This document shows, one piece after another, positions 1-32,400 of a stretch of DNA of 64,000 nucleotides. The notes under the pieces are model-generated. The model worked only from the letters and a program-made list of their open reading frames with translations. It did no database searches and was not told where the DNA came from. The DNA comes from Orbicella franksi (lineage: Eukaryota). The translations under genes and the position numbers were made by a program. Numbering within the stretch: position 1 is the first letter of the stretch; every line of letters begins with the position of its first letter. The stretch is taken from NCBI GenBank assembly GCA_964199315.1, contig OZ116708.1, forward strand, positions 27,776,001 through 27,840,000, given 5' to 3'.

Positions 1-1114
1 TTGTCGCTAAAAAATAGTAAAACGAAACAAAAACGAGACTGCTTTGCAGTCTAGTTCTAACTCAGATTAAGGCACTTAATTTCAATTTAACTCAATTTTA
101 GGTTGCATTTTTCTGACGGAATTGTCGACAGTTTTCGTGTTCAAGCAGAATATCATGTAAGTAATACTGTGAATATTTTCGGCGCGACTCTATTGCTGAG
201 AAACCAGTATTAAAAACCTTGACCTTTAAACCGTCGATCACACCACCTCAGCTGATTAAACCACGCGCCATCACATGCTTGTATAATTTCGTACACAAAT
301 AAAATTCGCGAGCGTTTTTACCAGAGGAGAGAAGTGATAAAATTACGTAAGAGTAGAGTTATTCTAACTGTTAGTTATTTAACGCGAATGGAAAGAAATT
401 AACAGAAACGGGATTTTTGTTAGTAATTATCTTGCCTGCTTTTTCTTGAACGTTTGCCCTCATTTTAGATCGCAAATTAAATTAATTCAATAAAATTTTG
501 CGTTCACTGTGCCATCGATTGTTAAATCGACATCTGATTTCTCCTTACATCATCAATACATTGTCGAGTAAAAGGGCAAAAAGAATAACGAAGATCATCA
601 ACTTTCACTGCAACATAATGGGGCAAAAGATATGTTAATTTTGGTTCTACCTTACACAATTGTCCCTACAAATAGTGTGTGTAAACACAGCCAGTATGTT
701 CGTATTCTCGGTAAAAGTTCAACCTCATTCAAACTCCTGACTAACTGAGTCTTGCTGATAATGATCTCTTAAATCTTCTGCCTTCAGCAAAAGTTCCCGA
801 CATAAACAATGTCAAGAGTTTTAAAAAGTTACATCCAGCTAGCGCCCAGACTTCTACTCCGACATCAAATTCTTTGTGCGCGCCGAAGGGATTTGTGAGA
901 TAACTCTGGGGTAACAACCAACGAACGGCAGAGCAGCTTTTCTTAAAATTCCGGCCATGTTGTTTTGAGGGTTTTTTTAAAGAAAAATGTTGTCACAACG
1001 AAAAGTTCGGTGAAGCTTTGCTCAGCTGGTGTAACATCAAGAATTCGAAACGCATTTTAATTTAACGAAGTTGCGCATTTTATGTTAAGGAATGAAAAAA
1101 TTTTCAAGGTTCAC

Positions 1115-20665
<19,551 letters not shown>

Positions 20666-22321
20666 GTTGGACGAAGAAAAATATCAACTTTTCGTACATT
20701 TCATTCCGAAAAGAACTATGGGAAGAAAGAGAAGGCCGCATTGCAGCGCGCATTGCTTGATGGGAATTCAAAAGATCGCGGGAAATGTAAAACTATCCAA
20801 AAATCTCTTCAATATTGGCCACTTCTCAAAGCTGCTCAGATTTTTAGATCTCAGTTCAGCCGGCTTGATCGGCTTTCAGGCCTTTCGTGAGGAGTCTAAA
20901 TAACAATAGGCACTAGGTACTTTTGCTTGCAACTTTGTTGTTCCATTTATGAGACAAGTGGCACAAGACGTTGAGTATTGTAACACCCCCTGAAACGGAC
21001 TGTCTCGCAAAATTTTCGTTGCGTTAAGTGTTGCGAAAACCGTGGAAGTGGTGACATGAACAAAAACGTTTTTAAAGAAAAAGAGCACAATGTCCAAAAT
21101 CGTGCCTGGTTGCATAAATCTAAGAGCCTGTGCACATATTGCACTGAAATAGACTTTATGACTTTAATTAAACTTCGAGTGATCGCGTTAATTGTCTCTA
21201 TGACTCAAAATCAAAACCGATCAAACATCTTTTCCTGCACTTGCCACCAGTCGTACAATTTTTACCTATGAGTTCGGATTGGCTTATTAATTCACTCTTT
21301 GGGGCCGTTTTGGCTTTGACCAAAGTTCGTAAATTTTTCTGACCGATGACTGAGTCGAACTGAATCAGGTAGAGTTTGGACTATACCGGGTTTTACTGAC
21401 ATCAGCTCTTTACATGTGAAATTTAGAAACTAGTCCAATTTAGTATAAACTAGAAAGTCTAGAAGAGCAAATTTAGTTACAATGTCAAGTTTGAAGGGAA
21501 GAAAATCAAATGCAAAAATACAAAAACTTACAACATTCAGTGTCAATTGTGTGGCTGGGTGCAACTCCTGCCAAACAGCGAGGGAAACTTTTCTCAATTC
21601 ATTTGACGTTTAACAGCAAAAAATATCTCTTAATGTTTAAATTGCAGAACTTCAAGTTTCAAATTTGTTACAGTTACTACAGATAACCATATGGCACAGA
21701 TTCTATCAGTTTCACGCATCTACAATTTTGCCAGACTAAAATTAACTTTTGATGACTGAAAGATAAAACAACACTGTCATGGTGTAAACAAAGATAGCCC
21801 TGTAGGCTTCTGTTGACAGTAATTAATGATGCGCGTAATATCTGATAACTGAGAACCACAGCTGTGAAGACTTGCCCTACATTTGGGTGCCTCCAGGGAT
21901 TTGAAACTCGCCTGACCCCAATGAGGACTAAGAAAACACCGTAAATACGTCAGGTACCTTTTATGACACAGCATCCTCTATTCTAGAGGCAAAGAACTGG
22001 GTGGAATTCCTAAAATTAAATTATCTGACGTTGACCGATGAGTATTTAAGTATCGGAAGAAGTCTCTATGTCGGATTACTGAGTATTTTATAAACCATAT
22101 ATATTAAACTACAGAAGGAAATCGTTCAACCATGTCTTCCTGAGAGAAGATCAGGCCCTGTTTAGGACAGACTTGCCTGAAATCCTTTCCCCTTTTCAGA
22201 GCATTGCGGCCAAGAGCCATAACCTGTGCGGCGGTAAGTCCCGGTTTAAGCCATATAAGAGAGTATCCCCGCCCCCGACCCGGCGAGAGGAGATAGTTTC
22301 TATCTGGTTAGCTTATCTTAC

Positions 22322-23571
22322 CAGTGCATTCATAAGACAGACAGTAAACTGTGTCTCTGTGTCCTTTCAGCATATCAACCAGCGCACCTTCAGTTGTATC
22401 GTACACCTTTGAAGTTAACAATGTATGCATTAGTTTCCATCTCACAGTACAGAAAACAGAATATTGCTAAAGCTTTATGTTCGCAGATTAAACAGGGCGT
22501 TATCAAAAGGTGGAGAGTTCACATCATGTTTCATAAAGATAAAATGGTCATAGACATTTTGTTGAGTTCATGATCCATAACGTTTTAATTTGAGGGGCGA
22601 AAATTAAAATCAAACCTCCATTCTCCTCTCGCCCATGGTTACTTTGGCAAGAGGAGATGCTGATCAGGGCGGGTAAGGTTAAGTGAAGAACCCGGTCATT
22701 TAATCTTTAATCCGCCTTCCCCAAAACGGCTCACGAAAATCCCTCTAATTCCTTGATCATGGAGAATAGAGTAAGGTTCATTTGTTGTACTCATTTGTTT
22801 AATTATTTACAATGCCAACTTTCGTATGCTCTGTTAATAAATCATATTTTCAAATCGCCACCTTGAATAGACTGATTTGTTTGGAATGCCGAGTGTCAAC
22901 TGTCAGTTTGCGGTTTTCTAATCCCACACGCCATTTAATCACCTAAAAAAGACTTACATGGGGGTAGCTACTTGAAGTAGAAAAATAATACGCGACCTTC
23001 TGAATTCTCTTTGTATTTCACCGTTTAATATGACGGGGAAATAAAATCAATTAACACGGAAAATATTTTGTTTTTAATTAATTAAGCAATATCTCGTGTA
23101 CAGTGGCGAAAGATTTCGTGAGCACCACTTTAGCCGTTAGAACCATTTGAGCGCATTATGACATGGAGATGACAGCAAGAACGCGTTTTCTCAAATAAAT
23201 CAATACAACTTTGTCCATTTGTAAACAAACTATGAAAATCAGGCCCAGAACCTTCTTTCACATATATCTGTTTCGTTTGTAAATGTATAGTTACCAAGAT
23301 TAAGTTTCCAGCAGCAATGAGGATATACGAGCCATTAGGGCTGAAGATTAGGTCGTAAATCCTATAGAAAACCCCAAAAAGACATGACATTAGTAAACTT
23401 GGAGTTCACGTGGATAAAACTACACGAGTTGTCTGCCTTCAGATGGCTATAACGTAAACTGAATGTGTTTTAGTGAATAAAATCGCGATTCTCATATACC
23501 CACCACTGAGACTGCTTTGATTTATCCACAACTTTATCCAACCACAATCTATTCACTCGGGCCAGAGCCAT
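22322..23571 (-). CDS. Divergent duplicate of IFT122 coding exons 1-3 (alternative N-terminal cassette or short paralogue)
   Basis: Exon 1' 23571-23504 [22 protein letters not shown](W); exon 2' 23361-23295 [22 protein letters not shown] (67 nt, same as canonical); exon 3' 22406-22322 [28 protein letters not shown](G) (85 nt, same as canonical). GT-AG sites are present, phases 2/0/1 match canonical, and there are no stops. Confidence 0.85.
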
Positions 23572-24672
23572 AGTCGCAGCGATCCCCTGTTAACAGGGCT
23601 TAAGTGTTGAAGTTGAAATGCATTTGAAATGCTCGTAAATCTAAATGTGACGCGTGGAGAAAGTTTCTGGCAGTGCTCACTCATAATCCGCCATTGTCTA
23701 GCTTCTGTTGCGTGATCAGAGATCTAAAGATTGTATGAAGTTTCCAAAACATGTCTGGAACGTACGTAACGGAAAACGAGTTTAATAGCGAACCGTGTTG
23801 GCGTGGAATGACCTCAAAAAAATGATTGAACAGTCGGGTTGCATGACATGACTTATAATATGTCAATTATATACAAAAATATATACATATCTGTAGAAAA
23901 ATCTTACTTAGGAACAAAGCTATGTTGTAAATTAAAAATACCCTAAAATGTTTGATAATAAGATCAAGATGTTCACGCGTTCTGTTTAAAATAAAGTACT
24001 TTCCGCGACCTAGTCAGTTAAGATCAGTATTTCGTCCTTGATTTAATAACTTGAAAATGGTGTTCCATTCTTGGATGTTGTCGACAAAAATATGAAGATT
24101 TGTTGACTTAACTCTCAAGATAAAACATTACAGTTTGAACGCACATGAAAACTGTGAAAAGAACAATCACTGAGAAAGTTAATTGACAAAGTACGATGGA
24201 GTAAAAAAAAATGTTATGAATAACAACATCAGCATAATAAAAATAATAGAGACTGAAGTGAAATGAATCTACGACGAAATTTTGGAGATGAAATCTGAAG
24301 ATTGTTATAAAAAATTTAATGGCCCGTCTGAACTTTTTCAGATTTTTTTCAGCCATACGGCATACATTATTTGCCCCTGAAAAACCGCTTGTAAAGTTAC
24401 ATTTCAATTTAAACATCTATGCTCAGGAAGTTAAGCTAGGCTTTTAGCATGTCTCAGAACATCACGCAATACAGAAAGGAAGTCAAAATAAAGATCATGT
24501 CTAATAATAGTGAAGTGTTGAGTTGTTTTTATCTTCTAGAATTTCAGTCGTGCTATACTGCAGGCGCAAAAACAAAACAACAGTCAGTCATCTTTCATTT
24601 CCTTGTTTCAAACCGAGCTTTATAAAGGTAAATATTATTTTGAAGTTGATTAACTGAATTGATGCATATGGG

Positions 24673-25548
24673 TTGTCGTTGATCAATGATTCTAGAAAAC
24701 GTAATCAAGAACAGATTAGCTTCAGAAATGCCACAAACGAAGTGAAACGCACTAAGGGGAAGATGCAGAGTTCGAGTAGAATTCCACGGCGAGTAAGCGG
24801 TGAAGGAGACAGTGTTTCCTCTAATACGGACGTGAAAAAAGGCAAGCAGGAGACTCCTCAGAAAATATCATTAACTGGTCAAGGAAAAACTGCCAAGTTA
24901 TTGCGCCAGAGACTGGCATTCGCGTTAGCAACCAACACGAAGCTAAAATCGGATTCTAGTAACAGTGAGTCTGATCCAGAAACTACTGGTAAAGGGTCAA
25001 AGACTCAAGAGGGGAGAAAAACATCAATTCCACGAAAGATCTCTCAGGAAACTACGAAAAAAACAACTGAACAGCAGCATCTGTTAGGGGAGAAAAACAA
25101 CGAGGGCAATATACCAGATGCGAGCGAAAGAAGTCGGAAATTTGGAACAACGCAGTCTTTTTTGAGGAATGGCATTGATAATATTGAGCAAGGAAAAATA
25201 TCAACGGCGGATTTACCGAGACAAAAGAGACCCACGCGACTTTCCAATTTTTCTTCGGATATAAACAATGAAGTGCTCACTAACAATAACACAGCTGTGA
25301 CACTGTCACGAGATCCACCGAGCTTCAACGAGTCATTACCGAATATTCACGAAATAGCTACGAAGAAATCCAAAGGTATCACTTCGCTGGAACATGGCAA
25401 TTTTGACGTTATAGAAAGGGAGTTGTCCAAGCTAAAAGTGGAAATGTATAAAACGTTGGAAGATTTTCAAGAAATAAATGCCGTAACTGAAGGTGTGAAA
25501 ATGAAACTTGAAGAACTAAGGAGAGACAGAATTCGCTCTGCAAGCTAG
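24673..25548 (+). CDS. Orphan single-exon ORF: Ser/Lys/Thr-rich disordered region with C-terminal coiled coil (261 aa from first ATG at 24763)
   Basis: 876-nt open frame in AT-rich DNA; SRIP and TSIP motifs; heptad-like C-terminus IERELSKLKVEMYKTLEDFQEINAVTEGVKMKLEELRR. No family recognised. Confidence 0.65.
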   Translation: MSLINDSRKRNQEQISFRNATNEVKRTKGKMQSSSRIPRRVSGEGDSVSSNTDVKKGKQETPQKISLTGQGKTAKLLRQRLAFALATNTKLKSDSSNSESDPETTGKGSKTQEGRKTSIPRKISQETTKKTTEQQHLLGEKNNEGNIPDASERSRKFGTTQSFLRNGIDNIEQGKISTADLPRQKRPTRLSNFSSDINNEVLTNNNTAVTLSRDPPSFNESLPNIHEIATKKSKGITSLEHGNFDVIERELSKLKVEMYKTLEDFQEINAVTEGVKMKLEELRRDRIRSAS

Positions 25549-25926
25549 ATAATATTGGAAGCCCATGCACAGAAGAGTTGCTTTGGGATCGCTAAGGCTG
25601 CAGTGGTCTAAGTAAAAGACGGAACAAAACAGAAAAACACTTCATGCATTTAACCGCCCTCATATTGTTTCTCAAAATTTATTCCTGCTCTTAAGTGCCC
25701 ATGAAGTAAAAAAATAATTGCTGCTTATTTGAAAGGCCTTTCAAAGTAAAGAATGGCATTTTCTTTTTTGGAATATCTTTTTCGTTTTAGAGATATTTAC
25801 GTTTTTGTATTATGCAAATGAGGAAAATGATGACGTCATAGGTGGTTCCACTAAAACAGTACATCACTCAATCGAGAATAACTCTAGAAATATTAAAGCG
25901 GCGTTCTTTAAATTAATCCAGAAATT

Positions 25927-27325
25927 CGTGGTTATGGCGCACGAATGGTTGGCACCTTTAAATTCAAGAAAGGCGAAATCCTGAAAACTTTAGTTAGCCA
26001 AGAAGGAGGCGTGACCACATTGTCAGCTTCTGGCGGGGGAGAGGAGGGTTACTTTTGTCGTACACTCTAATAACACCCCATTGATAATAGCCGGGGGAGG
26101 TGGAGGAAGACAAACACTGAGCGCTCTGAATACCAACTGTCACGCAATACATCCGGGAATTCAGGGTTTGCTGCCTGTTGTGGAAGTGCTTGGACTGGGG
26201 GAGTAATGGCAAGCCACCAAATACTGCCGACAGTGGTTTTTCAGGTCAGTGGTTATCCGCAACCAAACTTAAAATGTCACTAGATCATAGTTAGCTCAAA
26301 GCTAGTTTTCCTGCATGAGCAAAACGTTTAGTGCATTCTAACCGCGCGGAAACCGAGACGAGAGCAAAACTGCGGCCCGAAATAACAATAAGGGTTAGAA
26401 CCTTAAAGTAGTTTACTATTTTCTTCATCTCATTAACTACCTTTTTAAGCAAAAATACACTGATATCGCAAGAGAATTCATAGCGCTAACGTTCAGTTTT
26501 TTATCATACACTTAAACGGATGAAAAACAACAACAACAACAACAACAAAAAACAAATAAGCGCTCGCTCCTCTTAATTAGATGCAACCGACCAGTTACCT
26601 GTAATTTGCTAGATAAGCAATAAGAAAGCCTGTCTCTTTTCCTAGCAATATGTGGCTCAATTTCCTTTACACGCTCTCTCCTCTGCGTTAGAAACAACAT
26701 AAACAACAACAACAACAACAACAACTAGCTTCATTTGCATGACCATAAATACATACAGGGTTGCAAAAGCTTTTGTAAACGAAAACGGTAATGATTATCG
26801 TGAACATAAAGGTTATGATGCAGCAATCAAAAACAAAACCTCGAAGAGAAGGCTAACCTGTGTTGCAGGGCGGCTGCAACAAAGGCGAGAGAAGGCCTGT
26901 TATTCAGGCATTTATCAGAGTAACTGCAATATTTGCCTAGCAACAGGATATGATTGACAGCGTTAACAGCATGCTTCCTTTCTCCCCAGGAGGAGGTGGT
27001 AGGGGATTCCTGAAAAGAGGACGAAGTTCGTTCGACTAGGGTGGACTATATGGAAGAGGTGGAGAAGGCGGGCAAGGATTCCTCCAGGGTGGAGTGGAGG
27101 GAAGGTCATTATTAAATAATGCTACAGGAGGGTTCGGTGGTGGTGGAGGATGTTACGGAAATGGAGGGGGTGCTGGAGGTGGAGGCAGCTACTCAGGGGG
27201 TACTAGTGGAGGTAACGAAACTAACTCCTGCGGGGATGGTGGTGGTTCATATAATGACGGAGAAGAACAGAGTAACAGTTGTTGTTACGATGATAAGGGG
27301 CACGGGGTTTGTGTTTGTAAGCTAG
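25927..27325 (+). pseudogene. Glycine-rich ALK/LTK-extracellular-domain-like gene remnant (expanded anthozoan family)
   Basis: RGYGARMVGTFKFKKGEILKTLVSQEGG, a +1 frameshift, then TFVVHSNNTPLIIAGGGGG; intron 26245-26989 (TCAG|GTCAGT...CCCCAG); then GGGGRGFLKRGRSSFD*GGLYGRGGEGGQGFLQGG...GGFGGGGG...GGGSYN...CCY...GHG with in-frame TAG at 27037-27039. The 5' end is cut by a repeat. Confidence 0.8.
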
Positions 27326-29386
27326 GCCTGTTAAAATATCGTAAAATGGCGGTTATAGTCCCCATCCAGGTCCGTTTCAAGACCGTTCAAGGCCAATCTG
27401 TCAGCTGAGGAAAAGACATACAGTTCTATTCTAGCCCCATCTAGATAAAAGCCCTTAATCGCTCAACTTTTCTTTTTTAATTTACAAACGTCCTTATAGA
27501 GCTTTAACAGAGATAGACCCTGAATAAGTTTGGAACTAGAGTGCAGATCAAAACGTTTGATCAGTGGTTTCCTTTCTATATATCTCTCATCAGAAATTCT
27601 AAGTCATGTCCTGTTAGCAATTTAATTTAATTTCTAAACAAAATCTCCCTTATAAACCTCCCGATATATAATCAAACCCAGTTATCAGTTCCATCCAAAA
27701 CCTTTTACGAAGCTGTATAAGCCCAGTGCTCATAGCCAGCATTTATGCTGCTTTATTGGTTTGCTTTCTGGTTAACGAAAACATCACAGGAAGGGCCTGT
27801 AATGGCGGGTAAAAAAGCTCAAAATAAGAACTCTGTGGCACTCGTGTAATGCGCAAAGCAAAACAAACTCCAGTTTATGATTTTCGTTTCCTCTCCCTTG
27901 TATTGCACTGCATATCATTACTACACATAGTTTTCGCAGATAACGAACGCACGTACGTCAAAAACGTAGCAGGCTTTTGGTGGCTACTTTCACCCAAGAG
28001 ATAAGTAGTATACTTCTCATGAACGCTTTGTATATCTTAACTCTAACGATAGTCATCTCCGTACAGAATGAGAAGAGATCAATGAACAAGAATTTACCCA
28101 GTCTGTATAAAACACTTTCTTTCCAGCTGATGTTAGAAGGAATTACGAGTCATCTATTTCGCGAGCATGTTGACTCTTTAAGCTAGGGACCACATCATAA
28201 TGATTAACTACAGGACTCCTGTCAACTAGGGAAGGTTTCAGAAAACTGCCATGTCAACGTTCACTTTAAAAGGAATAATCCCAAGCAAATTTTGTTAGAC
28301 AAGATGTGAGATACAGATTTAATTATACATCTTGCCAAAGTTTCCCACGCTTTGCTGCACGGTCTCTTGAGAAGTCAATGTCCTTTGTAATTAACGTTTA
28401 CTCGCAGAAACTGAACAAGTACAAGTTACTCGAGAGACAAGAGCGGTTTCCGACTTTGTTACTCAAAAAAAGACTTTAAAATGTTTAGTAGTTAATAAAC
28501 TAATTAAATTTAGAGGTATAAAAGTATCAATATTGTAACATATAAGTGTCGTAAGTTTGCAACCCACTTCTTCACGTTACGTTTGTAAAATTCAAGTAAA
28601 GCTTACAATAATGTTCATTTTATTTTTAGTTGATGCGTTTATTTAGCCAATCTGTGAGAACCTAGAACAGACCAAAGAAAACCGTATCATTGTTGTTTAT
28701 GTTTTCAAATTTTGAAAAGGTTTAATCCTGAAACTAGGTTTATTGAGTAAAGTGTAAATGATTTTTCTGAGTACATTCAACTGTACATTCTGTAAAACCC
28801 TCTTCTCGTTAATAACCTCTAAGGCTGAAACTGGCAAAGCTTTTGATCAAAGATCAAAAGCTAAGAGCATCGACTAGAAGAAGACACCACGTCTTTATTT
28901 TATCAATTGGTGTCAGTGACGTATTAAACTTAGCTCTAAACATAGCCTCGCAGCATATAATAATATTTAACTTGATGCTGTGCACAATACTGTTTCAGAG
29001 CGTCAGTTTTCGACTGAATAATAAGAAGTCTCAATCTCAAATCAGCGTCAGTTCAGTTGTTATATTGAAAAAAAGAAAGTATTTGAAAGAAAATAACTGG
29101 TCTTGAAAAGCCGGCGCTACCCACACCGCAAAAGTTTCTTTCTCTTTACGTGCGACGCATATACTCGACTCTGAGAAAGCGACGGCTGTACTGACACGAA
29201 GAGGAGTTCAGAAAAAAAAACGATTACTGACAGTCTAAGCGCAAAATTTTCACAAAGATACTTAATTTAATAATCGTGTTTTCCACGCTTAGTTGTTTCT
29301 TTAGCAACCCGGGCATAGCGTGAAAATTAATTAATTTTAATCTTGTAAAACAAGTGTACTGTCTTCTTGATTGGACATTTCCTAAC

Positions 29387-29400
29387 GTTGCTATGGAAAC
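29387..29400. promoter_or_regulatory. RFX X-box-like motif GTTGCTATGGAAAC
   Basis: Exact fit to the X-box consensus GTHNYY-AT-RRNAAC; target gene unknown. Confidence 0.3.
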
Positions 29401-32400
29401 AATCTTAAACAAAACTGAAAACGTTCCAATTAATTTTAAAGGTTAAATTTATCTTTCCATGTATGTGAAGATACTGCAAGGATTGAGGTAATTGCTTTGC
29501 AGTATTTCGGCTGGCCAACAACAGCCTTCTTCAGGTTTATTGAAGGAAAACGTGCGTTTACATGAATTGTTGCGCGATGTCGGTCAAGCCACATTGATGG
29601 CAGGTAGATAGATGCCAATAAATGCTGCCAGGACAGTGAAAACAACGATGGTTGCCAGAGGTGTTAATGTGACGCACCCGAATATGGCACTTAAATAGTG
29701 CAAAATAATATAAAAACGAAGTCACAACAATTCACAGAAAGAAAACAACTCGTATCAGTTGGCGTGAACAGGCTGAAAGGAAAGTGGACTAGATTTGAGG
29801 TTGTTTAAGGGTAGGTCGACTTCTAGAAAGTAAGTAAAGGACTCATATTGTTAGGTACGTTTTCGATCAATTCTCTTTCGAAACTGTCACAATCCAGAGC
29901 AAAATTAAGTAAATGGCAAAAACATCAAAAGCGACTTGCTTTGGCGCATCTTCAGTCCTGAATCTTTTCCGTAAAATGTTTCCTAAATGAATTTCAAACT
30001 TCAGTTTTATTTTCTATTTAGCGCAATGTATTTCAGGCCATCTGTGTCCTTGTTTTCTGGATTATTACTAACGGTTTTCACAGCGAAAATTTAGGAATGG
30101 TAATGAAAGCAGAATGCAGAACAAAAGTTTACGTATTTCATATTCTGGAAGTTTCAAAACGGAGGTAAATGGTACGAAACTGTACTTGAAACGTTTTAGG
30201 AAGAAAATCAAATGAAAAGGACATTTGGGTATAACTCACGTGGTTGTCCTCTTTCACAGAAATTTCGGAATATAAGGTTTCATTCGCCACACGAAATTTG
30301 TGGGGATTCAAACCGGAAATTTTTTGGCCGAATGGAAAGCGCCCGGTGTATTAACAAAAAAAGCGTCAAGAATTTACCGTTGCTTCCCGAGGAGCGCGCA
30401 CTTGCCTTTCGTCAAAGAACAGCGCGGAACAGGGAGCGCGCCGCTTGATAGCTAGTCCGACAGAATTCCACGCGCACCGCGTTTCAACAATAGAGGGACA
30501 CCTGGGAACTATCTAGTGGAGACGGTAACATAATCTGTCCGTTCTTCCAATCAGCTAAATACATCATGACGAAATGGAGCTAATCTGATTGGCTGTTATT
30601 AATGAGTATAGTTTCGGGTTTGTCTCCTCCATGCCACTTCTACACAGAAGGCTGCCAAGATGGCAGAGTGTAGCTATAAAGAAAATACACTTCTTTGTGC
30701 CTTTTCCGGAGACAAGCTTGACATTCACGCACAAGCCTCTCAAGTTCATTTTGCTATATTAATCAGGCTGTCTGCTTTCAGACAACAATGCACTTCTCGG
30801 AATCAATCAGCACTTCGCATTTACACCATAAAACCAATCAGGGTATCTGTAAAAGTTTTGGGTGTATTTAGCATTGTAAATATCCTGAACTCCCTTCTCG
30901 GCTTTCTAACGAACAGCTTCAAAAACGGCGTAAATTATTTGTGGGGAGGAGAAAAATTGTGAACGTTGGTCAAGAAATGTTATGTCGCTGTGTCAACTGC
31001 TGATCGCCACTGGTACACAGGTATAAATTGTTTTAACTACCTAACATGCTTTAAAACGTTTTTAAAGGGTATAGACACAGGTTTTAAGAGATACAGTACA
31101 AGCCAGGAGTTTACAGTGCAGGTCAGTTTAGCTACTGTCAAAATGAAAACTGACAAACAGTCATAGCTTAATAATACATACACACACGAAATGACAAAAC
31201 GCCCACCACAAATGTAAACAAATGGTCAAAATTTTCAACTCTAAGATAAATCGTATTTACCGTTTTAATATTACAAGGCGAATTGACCACTGACTAATGA
31301 TAGAAACTTCTGATTAAAATAAGGCTAAAACACCATAATTACCGCCGGCAATGTGTCTCTCTTCACCATCTTATGTGAAATAAGACGACCAAGCAAATTT
31401 GTAACTCTGGGCAACAAACAAAACAGGCGAAACTAGAATATATCAGAAAATCACCCAGATATATATTGCCAACCAAACAGACATTTTACATATTCTTAGT
31501 TCTACTACAAAGCCCATAGTGCCTAACGCAGTTTTCGCGTTGACTTCTAAGTTCGACAAATAACGCCGACTTTACTCTTGAGAAAAACAGAACGTGATCA
31601 TCATTTCTCAATTACTGAGCTTCATTGTGTATTTTGCTCAGGAAATTTAATTACAGTCGTACATAACGATGGAAAGAAATATTTAACCCTATTAACAAAT
31701 GGAATGCTTGGTTCTTTCACTGGAACTAGACGAGCGAAAAGAAACAAATAGGTCCCTGATATTGCTTTTTTCACTCGGGTGTTGAATTTCACCAGGAGCT
31801 CCACTTCAAAACTCGATTCTTTACGCAAAAAAATAATCTTGAATTCAAAAATCTACTGAGGCATAAAAAATGTTTAACGAATATCTGGATCACTGTGCTT
31901 TTATTTTAAGGCACTGAATTTATGTTCTCCAGTTTTAAAAGAAAAAAGGTTTCACCACGCTTTCATACTTCCATATTTGACTAATTTAAGGGAGACATTA
32001 AACACATAGAAATTAAACACACAAACTTAATTGAAAGAGCATTTTCATAACAAAGGATTTTAAAACTGTTTTTGAGTCTTTTGTCCAAATTGTTTAAACG
32101 GTTAATTTTTAATCTTAAAGATCTCTTTAGCACATAATGTGTAAGTCTTTTCGCTGGCAATGTTCAAAATTAGTTCATGTCGAAAAAATACCGGAAATTT
32201 CTAAGTATGTTTAATATTAGAAAAAATAGAAAGCATTTTCCGTGTTTCTGTCAAGTTTTAGTATAAATCTACTACGTCTCTGATTTGCTGCGCTACTCAC
32301 TATCTATTCTGTTGTAGATGGTGCGTAGCCTAGCAGTGCGCGCTTGTTAACGAACTGGTGGCCGCTTCTTTGCGTTTTCTAAGTGTCTGTGAAGAGGATT

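Noticed and set aside
700-960. Short open frames left of the last visible IFT122 exon
   Set aside because: They do not encode the expected QGGSEFVPV continuation, so the next exon is presumably outside the window.
21677-21876. Minus-strand open frame (GQVFTA...LQGYLCLHHDSV...) in phase with duplicated exon 3', faintly like IFT122 exons 4-5 ([13 protein letters not shown])
   Set aside because: The acceptor lacks a pyrimidine tract, the similarity is short and alignable in more than one register, and the exon 4/5 intron is absent. Probably chance; needs junction reads.
29436-30100. Hydrophobic minus-strand peptides (AIFGCVTLTPLATIVVFTVLAAFIGIYL) resembling a terminal TM exon
   Set aside because: Could not be linked into a consistent gene model.
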